64,000 nt of DNA from Raillietiella orientalis (GCA_036172245.1 JAYWIR010000019.1:124001-188000), one strand, 5' to 3'; counted from the stretch's first letter, positions 12,340 to 24,443 are shown. A program made the numbers and translations. Notes: a model not told the origin generated them from the letters alone.

Positions 12340-15300
12340 GTACGGAACGCCGCGCGTCCGCGTCGTGTCCCCTGCGCGCCACGCCGCCAAATCCATCCAT
12401 GCGTTCGAGAGCAAACTTGGCCACTTCAGCGGTGGCCTCATAGGGTCAGCTGACTTCGTGGGATGCCGGTAAATCACCTAACGGAAGTCTACAGCGAATA
12501 ATCGTTGTCCACTTCCGTTTGGCGATTTGATTCATCGGTAGTGGCAGCGCTGCCCTTCCGAAATTCGCGTCCTCTGGACAATGGAGGCTCGCCAACATTG
12601 CTGAGGTGGTTCGTCGGTGGCTACGCGGGGCAGGCGCTGGTTGGCAACCAGGTTTCGATTAGCAACGAGCGCGAAAAAATTTGGGGTGCGTCTCGGGAAA
12701 TGGGGCGGAGGGAAGGGGGGCGTTGCAAGTAACGGGGTATCCGTTGTTGTTTGTGCACCAAAAGTGCACCGTCGGAACCGGCATTCGGTTTCCAAGGTTC
12801 CCACGTCATCTCGGCGCACCATCTCTGAAAGCGCTGAATTTCGCGCCCGTGGATGAACGGGTGCTGCCCTCTTGCGTGAAGGAAGTGCTTGCTTGCGCTC
12901 CGCATCTCGCAAGGGAAACGACCTTCGTCTCTGGATGCGTGTGCACCTGGACTCTCCGTGCCTTGAGTTTCCCAGTCAGGCTACGTCCTTGCTCAAGGGT
13001 GGATGGACTTGCGCGGAGGGTAACCAAATGAAAGATTCATTGGAGGAAGAGACGGCCGAAAGGAAGGAAGGGGAGGGGGGGGGGAGGTGTTTCCCTCGAC
13101 ACTACTGGTGTGTGTGATAAAAGCAACAGCAGTAAATAACGGAAGGATAGGAGATGATGCATGTAGCTGATACGCGTATCACGCAAGAGGGCTGGCAGCG
13201 CGGAAGGATACAAGCAGACGGCGATCTAAGATTATACGCTTTGTGGCTTGGATGAGCGTGGAGCCAAAAATGAGTGCTCAAGCCCAGCGTTCCATTCTCG
13301 AGGTAGCTGCTACGTTGAGAAATGCGGAATCAAGTCTCGTTTCCATGGGAACTGCTCGGGGAGACTAAGGAAAGAAAAAGAAAAAAAAAAAGAGGAGGAG
13401 GAAGAACGCTTAAGAGGATTTATTCGGCCCCGTGAATGTCGCCGGAGGAAGAGTAGGAAAATTGGGGTCTCAGGTACGAAGAGAGTCGCTGATGAGCAGG
13501 CGACCAACGGGGGGTGTGCGGCAGAAGAGGAGCAGAGACGGGAAGGGCCCTGGCGTTGCCTCTTCGGCGCAGCGCTCCGCGGGAGGACGCGGATGACGTG
13601 GATGGCAGGGGAAACTATATGTTCCGTTTCCCCTTTTGCAGGAGGAATGCTGGAGGAGTGGGGGGGGGGGAGTACAGACTGCGGGTCTCGAACCGAGGAG
13701 CGACGACGATTTCCTCGGAGGGCGGCGGTATGGAAGTTTTTGTTGGTGCGCCTTCCGGAACCGCCTTCGCGGGAGTGGCGAAGAACACCGGAACAAGAGG
13801 TCAGGCGGTCTCCAGCCGACCACCCGTTCCGGCGGCTATCTGACTGGCGCCGGGTGCCTCCTCTTCGTGGCTGAAGAGCCGAAGGAGCAGGAGTCCTACA
13901 GCTTGAGCCAATGGCGTCCTCGAAGCCAAGGCCTCCGGAACCGGAAGCGAAACCAGTAACCGTCTGGTCAGAGAGCCAAAGGCGTCCTGTATTCGCCATG
14001 GGCACCGCTGGTCAGAAAGGACTCGCGTTTCCCCGTGGGCGGTCCTCCGAGCCGTCGAAGGAGAGCGAGGGTAACGGAAGGGGGGGGGGAGACTTTTTCA
14101 CCGAGGACCCGAAGGATGGAGGGGAGAAGCCGAACGGGTCGCGCGCATGCCGCAGCCTGTCCTCCGAGGGAACCGCGACAGGCGCGTACGCCGGCTGCCT
14201 GCTTCTTCGGAGAGTCCAGCTGGTTTTCGGAAAGGAATGGGACGGAGGGAAGCGACGAACACCGGGAGCCTGGCATCCGGGGGTTCCTTTCCCTCGCGCA
14301 GACCGGTGGTCGCCGGACGGCGTTGCCACTCCGCGTCTTTCCTTCTCTCCCCTTTTCCGTTCCCAGCGAGGAGAACCGCGCCAAAACTCAGACTTCTTGC
14401 CCTCGGGGTTTCCCCTCGCATTCCGGAAGAAAGGAGAGAGAGCTGTCACCGCGGCATGAGCGCGGTCTTCCGCTCCCGCGCGTTTCGTCTCGGAGGGCCC
14501 GCGCCGGCGTCCGGGCGTCGCCTCGACTCTTCCTCCTGCGCCGCCGCCGCCTCAAGCCGCCCTCCTCACGCGTCTCCCTGCTCAGATCCGGGGCATCGTC
14601 CTGAACTATATCTCCCCGGAGAACACCATCATCCTGGCGGTGACACCCGCCAACCAGGACCTCGCCAACTCGGACGCCCTTAAGATCGCACGGGAGGTCG
14701 ACCCGCAAGGTGAGGTCGTCTCTTCCTCCCCGGAGAGTCATCGTCCACTGCCTCCCCTCCCATGCTTCCCAGGAGCGCGCACCATCGGGGTAATCACTAA
14801 GCTCGACTTGATGGACGAGGGCACCGATGCGCGGGCCATCCTGGAGAACAGAGTGCTCCCCCTGCAGAAGGGGTACATCGGGGTGGTGAACCGCGGCCAG
14901 AAGGAAGTCGACGAGGACGTCTGCCTGGCGGAGGCCCTCCGCAAGGAGCGGAAGTTCCTTGGCGGCCATCCGGCCTACAGGTGGCGTCTCCCAGGGAGGG
15001 GACGGAGAAGAGGGGAAGTTGTCGCCCGCGCAGGCACCTGGCAGACCGCATGGGCGTCCCCTACCTGCAGCAGTTCCTCAGCCGGGAGCTGATGGTCCAC
15101 GTGAGGGAGAAGCTGCCGGAGATCCGCTCGCAGCTGCTGCAGCGCCTGCAGGGCATCCGCTGCCGCCTGCGGCAGACCGTGGGCTCCTTCGAGCCCGGCA
15201 AGGAAAGCAGGGACAAGGTCCTGTACAGGTGGGCAGGAGGGCGTGCGAGGAAAGAGGGAGGAAGGGAAGAATGGGAACCGCTCCCCCTTCTTCCTCCCTC

Positions 15301-18300
15301 CTCCTGCGGATTCCGGTCCAGGGTTCGAACCGACCGCCCCGCCCCTCAGGCTGATGAACGGGTTCCAGGAGCAGCTGGCCAGCGTGCTCGAGGGCAACTC
15401 CATTCGTGTGGACGTGGGCTCCGTGCAGGGGGGGTCACTGATCAACCACACCTTCTACTCGGAGATCCAGGACCTCCTTGACATCGTGAGTGGCCGCTCT
15501 ACCGTGCGCCCTTCCACCGAAGCACGGGGTCGAGGCTGCTGGGAACGCCTGCCGCCTTCTAGGACACCAACCCGGACCTCGTGGACATCGCCATCACCAT
15601 AAAGAACTTTCACGGCATCCGCTGCTCCCTCTTCCTTCCGGAGATGGTCTTCGACCGCACCGTGAAGCAGCTGATCGGCCGCTACGAGGAGCCGCTACTG
15701 AAGTCCGTGGACCTCATCACCAGCCACTTGATGAGGATCATCGAAGGATGTGCCAAGGCCGTGAGCATCCCCGATACATCTTCCTGGGCAGCCCGCCCCC
15801 GCTCCCCTTTCGCCTTCTCCTCAACCTCTCCCTCTCTCCCTTCACTTCCTGCTGCCGCAGTTCGACCGCTTTCCGCGCCTGTACCAAGAGGTTCTCCTGC
15901 TCCTGACCCAACATCTCCACAAGCAGGACCTCAAGTGCAAGGAGATGCTGCTGACGCACGTGCAGGCGGAGGCCTGCTACATGAACACGCGGCATCCAGA
16001 ATTCAAGCTGGGGAGGCTGGCCATGAGGTAAGCTTCGTTCCGTCCTTGCCTACCTCCTCCCATCGCGTCCCGCTCCAAAATCCGTGCGTCCACCTCTCAG
16101 ACTCGGGAGAGCATAGCCGAGGACCACGGAGGGGGGAGAGTGAGGGCAAATAAGAGGTCACTCGGGATCACTTAGCCATTTCACGTCGTCGCTTTTTCTC
16201 ATCCCTGCGTCGGTCTGCAAAGCCGCCGCCTTCGTCCTGCTCTTTGCCTTCTTCCCTGGGCCCCGGTGTTTCCGGATCGCTGCGATTCATCTCGCAGAAG
16301 GAACGAGAAGGCTCCTCCTTGCTCTCTCTGGATCGCCTGAACAGGAAAAGCGGCAATCGTGATGGCCAGCGCTGAAGATGCCGAGTTCACCACGCATTGC
16401 TGCAAACCGAAGCAAGGCGGTTGCCGCGAGCGGCGATTCGGTTGCAAGACCACCACGGCATCGTTGCAAAGTCGGCAGACGACAACTGAAACTACCCCTC
16501 TTTTTCACGTGCTCTCTGCTGGCAGAGAGCGCTCAGTCTCGAAATGAGAACGTTCTCGGGAAAGAGAGAGAACGTGGAGACGGAACTCGCTGCAGGCACC
16601 CAAGGGCTCATCCAAGAGCAGAAGCCCACACCGGCTCGGGGTCGTGCGTGAGTTATCCTCCCTGTCTATGCCTCTCCGCTTACTTCTTCCATTGTCTACT
16701 CGAGGCTCGCGGCTGCTCAGGTATCTATCCGCGCTGCTGCACATCAAATTTTCCTGTTCCTCCCTCGAGGAAGGAGAAAAAATCGCTCCCGGGACGAAGA
16801 TCACGGAAACTTTTCTTTTGCAAATGGGACAGCGAAGGTCCTAGGATGCAACCGTTTCTTTCCTGCCTTCCTCTTTCTCTTCCTCTCTTTTTCTTTGCCC
16901 TCTCGAAGGCATGCTTCTTCTGGCTTTCCTCTAGGTGCTGGAGTCCTTGATCTGCCGCGGCTTTGTTCTCCACTGCGGCTCTTCGAGCAGCGCCAGCGAA
17001 GAGGGCGGTGCCGACGAGTTCAGCCCGTGTCCCGACCTTCGGGCTACTCCTTGAATTCATATGCGGTTTTTTCTTTTCCTCTTATCTCCCCTCCCCATCT
17101 CGAAGATCGGAAAGCAGGCGGAAGCAGAGTCGATGCTGCGAGCAGGACGTTCCATCTTTCCCATCGTGATAGCGGCAGCACGCGCACATTCGCGAGGGGA
17201 TCTCTTCACGACGAGGTTTTGGGAGGTCCCATCGCACCGAAAAGAGCAGCCGCGTCCTCCTGGCGAATCGGGAAGCCTTCGCAGTCCTTGGGGTTCCCTT
17301 TCTTTGAGGCAGCGACGACCGCCTCCGCGGATGCACCGCGCATGGTAGAGCGCTCCCGTGAGTTCCTGTTCCTCGCGGGCAGGGAGAGCCGCGTGTCGGC
17401 CCATTCCCTTCTGGTTTCCGGACGCGACTCGGGAGTCCCCCATCACCTCATCCCGGAGTTCTTCCGGTCCTGACTGGGTTGCGTCTGTTTCACGCTTGCC
17501 GGAAGCGCGCTGGAAAAAGAGGTAGTGGAGGTTTTGGTGGCGTGGTGCCTCTTCTTCTTCCTCCGGCCTTCCTCTGGACTCGGCGCAGACCCGTGCTGGC
17601 TTCTGTTCTCCCTTCCCCCCAACGTCGAAGGGATCCCTTCCGCTTTGTGATGGCGAGACCGTGCGCGTTTCTTCGGACGGGGAGGAGGCAGCTCTCACAG
17701 AGGGGCGAGAAGTCGCGCGCAAGGTTGGAGGAGGGAGGGGGAGGGAAGTGTGCATAGAGAAAGAATTCCGGGCTAGCCGGGTGGAAATGAGGCGTCTGCC
17801 CCGGCCCGAATGCCGCGCGTCGGTCGCTCCCGAGAGCTCCTCGTCGTATGCGGACAGAACCTCCGCTGCCCGGAGTTCTTTCTTTCTCCTCCTCCTCCTG
17901 CCACCTCCTCCATTGACCGCCGCTGCTGCCGTCAGCATCGCCATCGTCACCACAGCCGTTGCCACTACTATGGTCGTCTGTTCTTTTTCAGTTCAGAAAA
18001 CTGCCTGGGGACTTCGAACGGAACGGAGCTTTCTGGAAGCGTGGGCTCCTTGAACAGGAAGGTGAGAGAGGGCCACGGGCCATACCTCTCCTCCACACGC
18101 CGTTCGAAGGTCATAATGGAAGGTCGCATGATCCTCTGCTCCCAGGGGCTCCGCAAGCAGAAGCCGTGCTTCGTCGTCCTGACCGAAGGGGAGATGGCCA
18201 TCTATAAGGACGAAAAGGTATGGGGAGCCTCCCCCTCCGTGGGGTGTCTCGGGGGTGGTTGTAAGGACGTGTTGGTAAGAAAGCAGACAGAAGACACCGC

Positions 18301-21300
18301 GTGCTCTTCAAGGAGACGAGATGCGTAGTGAAGCTGGACGAGGATTACCACGCGACCTTCGTGGTCACCTGGGATTCTGCGAAGTAAAGTTACTTCCCAG
18401 GGGTCTTTCGGGGGGAAGGGAAAATCGAATGGAGGGGGAGCCTCCGACCCCGGCTGGAGCCGACCGGTGCTTTCCAGCTTGTTCCACATGGACAGGAAGA
18501 AGCTGAAACTCCACACAAAGGGCAACACGGAGGCGTGGATAGAGGCCTTTGAGAAGGCCGGCGCCGCCATTGAGAACGCTGGAAGCCTCTGCTCGCTCAG
18601 CAGCGTCCCTTCCTCGTATTCGGTAGGTGCACTTCAGGCCACCCGCGGGTATGTCACTGCCAGAGCTCCTTGCAGCCGGAAAGCCTCCAGGAGAACCCGG
18701 ATCCCAGAGTGTTCGAGCGTAACGCGGACTGCAAGACGGTGAGGACCATCCTTCCTGAGAGATGGGGTCCACCACTTGTCTCCTCCCTCCCTTCTCATTT
18801 CATCCCGGTCCCCACCCGAGCTTGCGGGAATTTCTTCGAAGAGTTGGACCGGAGTATGTCATCCCCCGGAAGAGGACAGGTCCCCACGCGTCTCCCTTCA
18901 GTTCCCGCCTCCGTGAGGCGCTGACGCAGGTTGCCCTTCCACCCCACCCATCTTCTACGTGTTCCTGTAGCTTCCGCACTTCCCTACCTTGTCTGAACGC
19001 ACGCACTTCAGACCCCTCTATAGCCGTCCCTTCCTTGACGACCGAGCATCTGTTTCGGGTGGTGAGCTGCCAAGCGAATCGCGGGAGCAGGCGTTTCGTG
19101 ATGGGCAGCCTCCCGCGCACGTGGCCGACGCTCTCATCCACCTGGACGACCCCGCACGAGGTTTGCGGGAGCTCGTCGAAGAAGCAAATTCATCGCATGG
19201 TTCCTCTTTCCGCGCGCAAAGTATTTGGTTGGAAATGCGCAGAATGCTATGGCTATTTTTAGAACTCTAGGGGAATGGAGTTCGTTTTTCACTTGCCAGT
19301 CATGACCAGACTATTGTTAGGCTTATTTTCAGAACTGCTTGGTGAGATCGGATTGTTGCTGGAGATATTCGGGTTATTTTTGGAACTCTTGCGAGAGTTA
19401 CTTTTCTGGCTATTACTGTCACTGAACTGGATGTTATTAGGACTACTTTTAGGACTCATACGGGGTTGTTGTTACCTCTTATTAGGAACCTTGCCAGGAC
19501 TATAATGAAGGACCATTAGCATTTCCATTAAGACTTTCTTTGTTATATGGGTACGACTGTTGTACTATTATTGAGGCTATTGTTAGCTCATTATTAGGCC
19601 TGTTATCAGGCATTGTAATTCTCGGACTATTACTGGGTTATTGTTGGAGCTATTCGGAAGGCTATTCAGGAATATTGTGGCAATCGACACCATTGTCATG
19701 ATATTCCAGGGTTCATTGTTGGAGCCTTCAGTGCTTTGTAGCCGCTATTTTCTTGGAAGTAACGTTCCCCTAGGGGTCCCGGTGCCTCCGTCCCCTGGCC
19801 TTTCTCTGGAAAGGTAGAGGGACGTCTCCCGACGACGACCAGCCAGGAGCAGCTGGCCCCCGTAAACAGTGGTATTTTGGTCCTCGTCTCCTCTCTGCGC
19901 AGAGCGCACCTCCGACCAGAGGAGGCTGCATTTCTGCAAAAGTGCTCAGCGTCCCCTCGCGGCTGCAAGATCGCCCTCGCTCCACTCATCCTTTTCCTCT
20001 TCTTGCGGGAGAGGGAAGGAGACTTCCTTAGGGAATTCGCGATGCCTCTCCAAAATGCCTTGCTTTTCGCCGGTGGACCCGGAAACGGAGAAGGTGCTGA
20101 AGGTGGGGGAGGGGGCCGTACCAAGACCGACGAGGGGCCGTGGGATCCATGCTCAACTGAGAGCTCTACTTTTAGACGTCCCCATCCACGGGATTCTTTA
20201 GTAAAAGGCGAAAGAATTATACGTTAGAATGGGGACCAGAGTAACGCATAATTCTTTCACCTTTCTCTCTTCCTCTCCAAAGGAACTCCCAAATTTGTCA
20301 GGGTTTTCCACATGGAACGTTACCCTCTGACGATCTTCTTCGTCGGGAGACGACTACAAGCTAGGAGCAGCTCGCCCCCGTAAGCAGTGGCTTCTACCCC
20401 CTCCATCCTCTTCGTCTCCCTCCTTCCCGTGACTGCGGAGCAAGAGCTCCAACTCCTGCGGCGCTTCCCCAAACATCATCGGATAAGGCGACAACGGCAG
20501 TGCCATCCTTCTTGCGAGTCCGGCGTGTTTCCCCGACGATGCGAGCACTGAGCGACTGTGGACCATGCGTCCGAACGGCAGGTCCCATGGGGTCAGAGGC
20601 CGCGCGAACCTTCTTGCTCAAAAAAGAGAAGGAACTAGCCGTTCCTCTTCCCCTCAGGTGCCAGAGTGTCTCTCTCGGGAGGAGCCTTCCGCCCCAGCAT
20701 TTTCGCTATCTCTCTCGCCATCGTTCGACTCCCGAGGAAATCCTTCCTTTTGCTCTGCGGGACGCGACTCGCAGCGCTCTAGGCGGAATCTTCCGAAACT
20801 CCCCCACGACCATTCTCGCCTCGGCTGGATGCGCGCGGACGGGGTCAGTCCCTTAGCCCGCTCATTTTTCAAAATCCAGACTGGGGATGCTGGCCGCTTC
20901 CGAAAGCATCGCGCCTTTCGCGCGCCCGAGTGGCATCACCCAAGGCGTGGTCTCCGTGAGCATGTGAGCCACACGCCGCAGCGGGGTGGCGTGTCCGTGA
21001 GCGGTTGGTGGCTCGAGTGCGCGCGTCGCGTTCAGACGGCACAACAGTGGTCCGGGCACAGCGGTGTCGTGCCCGCAGGTCGTTAATAGCGCGGACACTG
21101 CGGGCACACAAACACAATGGTGCAAGGGCAGCGATGCATCCGTTTTCCTGTCAGTTGATTGGTGTATACCTGCTGCCGAGATATGGTTGTATCACATTCC
21201 TGTTTTTCCAGCAGCGGGAATGGAGCCTCAATTCCCGCTGCTTTGAAGCGTTGGGCATATTGATTGCTTCAACGCGCAGCTGTGAAATGACGGCTGCACG

Positions 21301-22202
21301 GGCGCAAGCAAAAGTTGTTGGGACGCTGCAACAGGCACTGTTCGGGAAGCCCCAAGGGGAACGTCTGGTGTGGGCTAGATGAGAGGTTGGAAGCAGGAAG
21401 AAGAGGGGCACTAGTCTGACGTGGGGTTCCCCTCCCCGTCCCTCCGTTTGCTTTCACATTTACCGTTCTCGCTTACGGCAGATGCAGGAGGGACTCCTTC
21501 CGGACTGGGAGCTTTCCGTGCGCCGGAACGAAGCGGAAGTGCCCCGTCGGACGGAGGAGGAGCAAATGCTGAGCGCAGATGTACTGGCGCGCGCCGGGTG
21601 CTTTCGAAAGTCGGTTGGCGGTGGGGTCGGGCGGGAAACTCCAGGAGGGAGGAAGGAGGAAAAGCACACAAGCTTCCCGTCCTTTCGTTTTCCTCCTACC
21701 TCCAAGGGCTGTCCGTGTCCTACCTTTGCATGTCTGTTTCTAGCTGCTCTTCAAGGACGCCAACCTGCGCTCGCAGGCCCAGCTGATCGCCAACATCGTG
21801 CGGTCGTACATGTCCATCATCGATAAGACCATACGGGACATCACCCCAAAGTACATCACTCTCACGATGATCCACGACGTAAGGACGCCTTCGGTTTTCT
21901 CTCACTTTCCTCCTCCTCTTCCTTTTTCCTCCCTGCCATTCTCAGGTGCTGAAATATGTCCGAGAGAACTTGCTGGCTGACTTGCTGTCGGACAGGGACG
22001 ACCCACAGAGTAAGGTACATAGGGATGGGCCCGATAAGGGTGCTCTGGTGGTGGTGCGAGCTTCACCTACTGACCTCGCCGTCTTTCCCAGGAGCTGCTG
22101 ATGCAGGGGTCCTCGGACGACTTCCAGGAGGTGGACGAGCTCAACAGGATGCTGGAAGTGACGAAGAAAGCCCTAGCCCTGACGACGGACATCACAATTT
22201 GA
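11653..22202 (+). CDS. Divergent classical dynamin-family GTPase (GTPase-stalk-PH-GED, no proline-rich domain), 17 exons, ~730 aa
   Basis: Phase-consistent GT-AG exon chain: 11653-11816, 11907-11980, 12035-12172, 12260-12339, 14586-14709, 14773-14980, 15034-15228, 15350-15485, 15563-15760, 15861-16027, 17992-18061, 18110-18217, 18313-18383, 18478-18622, 21744-21878, 21946-22014, 22092-22202 (2193 nt, no internal stop). Motifs: [19 protein letters not shown] (G1), [14 protein letters not shown] (G2), DLPG (G3), TKLD (G4), [47 protein letters not shown] at 22292. Confidence 0.93.
14586..16027 (+). CDS. Dynamin-like gene exons 5-10 (GTPase G4/G5 and stalk/middle domain)
   Basis: [46 protein letters not shown]...[10 protein letters not shown]...[12 protein letters not shown]...IKNFHGIR...FPRL...YMNTRHPEF; introns 53-121 nt. 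Confidence 0.96.
17992..18622 (+). CDS. Dynamin-like gene exons 11-14 (degenerate PH domain)
   Basis: [36 protein letters not shown] and ...[20 protein letters not shown] align by eye to dynamin PH (VIRKG.L...WFVLT...WYKD; W.ASFLRAG); splice phases link to exons 10 and 15. Confidence 0.85.
19246..19755. repeat. Degenerate AT-rich ~11-12-bp minisatellite (GGACTATTGTTA-like)
   Basis: Recurrent CTATT/GTTATT/GGACT units inside dynamin intron 14. Confidence 0.6.
20204..20264 (-). other. 23-bp stem / 15-nt loop hairpin
   Basis: AAAGGCGAAAGAATTATACGTTA ... TAACGCATAATTCTTTCACCTTT; the two A-C mismatches on + become G-U pairs on -. Confidence 0.8.
21744..22202 (+). CDS. Dynamin-like gene exons 15-17 (GED and stop)
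   Basis: [41 protein letters not shown] / [13 protein letters not shown] / [39 protein letters not shown]. Confidence 0.92.
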
Positions 22203-22291
22203 GTCGGAAGAGGCGGCGCTCTGCCTCGCCTTCCCTCTTCCGCAGGTTGCCGCTCGCGGACCTCCGCACTTGCCTCCCACTCCTCCTCGGG

Positions 22292-22297
22292 AATAAA
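22292..22297 (+). promoter_or_regulatory. Putative polyadenylation signal of the dynamin-like gene
   Basis: AATAAA 90 nt after the TGA stop. Confidence 0.55.
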
Positions 22298-22939
22298 CGA
22301 GAGTTCCTCCTGCCGACGCTGGCTCTGCGGGCGTTGGTTGTGGGCACAGCTGGGAGCGAAGCCCAGTCTCGGGTCAGGGGATCGTGCAGCACGGAATCCC
22401 TTGCCTCGTCTTCCGTCTGGAGAGAGGCCGACCCCCTGCAGTCCTAAGAAACAAGTCTTGGACTCGCTCCTCCTCCTCCCTGCTTCCGTTCTGAGGGATC
22501 CGGCACCAGCAGGCGGTCGCTCGTCTCTCCCCTGCCCGGCACCTGCCGTCCACCTTTGGAAGGGTTGCAAGACCCTCGAATCTTTCCAGGGTCCCCCCCC
22601 CCCTCCATGGGGAGACCTTGGTCCTGGGAAGGATTTTTCGACAGCAGAGCAGGACGGGAGGAAGTCGCTCAGTGGATGGCCGCCGCGCAAACGCGTCTCG
22701 CCCGCGCGGACGCGCGTGCTGCCATCTCCAGGCGTCCCGGCGGGAGCCGTTCCGGGCGCGCGTACTGCCGTCGCGTCCTCCTGCGGTACCTAAAGGCGAG
22801 CGCAGGCGACTGGGATGCCCAGTTTTCCGGTGCTCTCTGGGAGGCGCTGTGTGTGCCCAGGGCTTTCGCTTCGTCGCCGCCATCATTGTTTTACGACTCC
22901 CATAAAAGGTGCAATCAGTTTTGCATTTCAGTTGAATTT

Positions 22940-23115
22940 GAAAGAGAGAGAAGAAAAAGAAGAAGGGGGAGGAAAAAAAAAAAAAAAAAAAAAAAAAAGC
23001 AGAGGAGAAGGAAAGAAAAAGAAAGAGGAAAACAAAGCAAAAGAAAGAAAGAAAGAGAGAGAGATTGAGAGAGAGAGAGAGAACGAAAGAAAGAAAGAAA
23101 AAAGAGAAACGAAAG
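22940..23115. repeat. Polypurine tract with poly(A) and (GA)n
   Basis: About 175 nt almost entirely A/G. Confidence 0.9.
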
Positions 23116-24443
23116 ATGGATGCATCGTTTTCGATATCGACTTCACTTTCTCCGATTCGTATGCACGAAATAAGAATAGTGTTCCTGCGGTGCTTTTGAT
23201 TTACGAAGTCTCTTAGCTTTTGAGAAATTGTTATCCCTCGTTGCAATAAGCGGGACGTGATGAGAAATCATCATATCTTCTGGAAAAACAGGTAATTTGT
23301 ATGTGGCCTGTATGTGTCGTGCGTGCGCACGTGTGACTCCTTCCGGGGTGCCGTTTCGATCCAGTCGGACCGAGCACACTTTGCGGAGGGGTGGACGTGG
23401 ACGTCGGAAAGGTGAGCGCCCTTAGGCGCGTTGCTGTGGCAGCCGGTCTCGGCGTCTCCCCACCGTCCGCGTTCCTTTGCTTTGTGTGATTGCAAGCGCT
23501 GACGGTGGACGAGGATGACGACGACGCTGGATGAAAAGAGCGCAGCAAACGGTCTTGGTTCTTGCACCAGCCCAATACTGCCGCGGGCCCTGACGCCTAC
23601 CCCTCCTGCCCTCCCCTCACCGTCCCGAAAGGAACAGGTTTTCGAACCCGAGCGAATGGGGACGCCACCAGGCAAAGGGGGAAAACAATCCCTTTGCTTT
23701 CGGGTTCTTTCGAACCAGTGCAGGAGGAGCAAGCAGCGTCCAGCCTCCGTCCCTGATCCGGATACGTCATCCTGCGGCTGCACGGAAGCACGAGGTGCTG
23801 CCGCGTCGTTTTTCCCTCGCGCGTCCCGAGCACGCGGCAATGGCCGTCCCTCGCTCGTCGGCCACGTTTTCGACCCTTGCACCCCTACCAGGCCGTTCGC
23901 CCTACGGGCAGAGCATCGGATCTCACCGGCAGCAGCAGCAGCAACCCCTGTGCGCCCCCATCCTCCGCCAACGCTGCACACCCCTCGGGGTGCAAGCGGG
24001 AACGTCCCGTGACGTGTTTTCAGGGTCGTCCACCGACCGGCAAAGAAGCTCTTCGCTCGCCTGAGCGTCCGTCGGTGCGGGCGGATCTGCACCGACAGAT
24101 TCCCTCCTACTCTTTCGTCCGTGCTCGAACCATCCATCGAGGAGCAAGAGCACCCCCTCCTCCGTGCAGTACCCGATGACTACGGAGCTGGGGTGTGCAC
24201 GGGCTCCCTTGGATGCGCATCATCCGTCGACAACGCACGCGGCGTCCCCGTGATGGAGAGCGTCTTGACAGTGGCGATGGTCGTGGTCGTGGTAGCTGGA
24301 GCGGATCCCGCCCCGGTGGCAAGTGATGACTGGTCACTCGCTTGGCCACACTCGAAGAACCGTAGCGGACAGAGCAATAGAAAAAGACGCTCAGAACGTA
24401 GAATGAGTCTCGTATTAAATCTAAATTCGAACCGGCGGTGAAA

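Noticed and set aside
19275..19505. Leu-rich ORF resembling a membrane peptide
   Set aside because: Translation of the 12-bp degenerate minisatellite
22338..22793. Pro-containing ORF downstream of dynamin as a possible PRD exon
   Set aside because: Lies after the stop and AATAAA; no donor before the stop; lacks PxxPxR arrays
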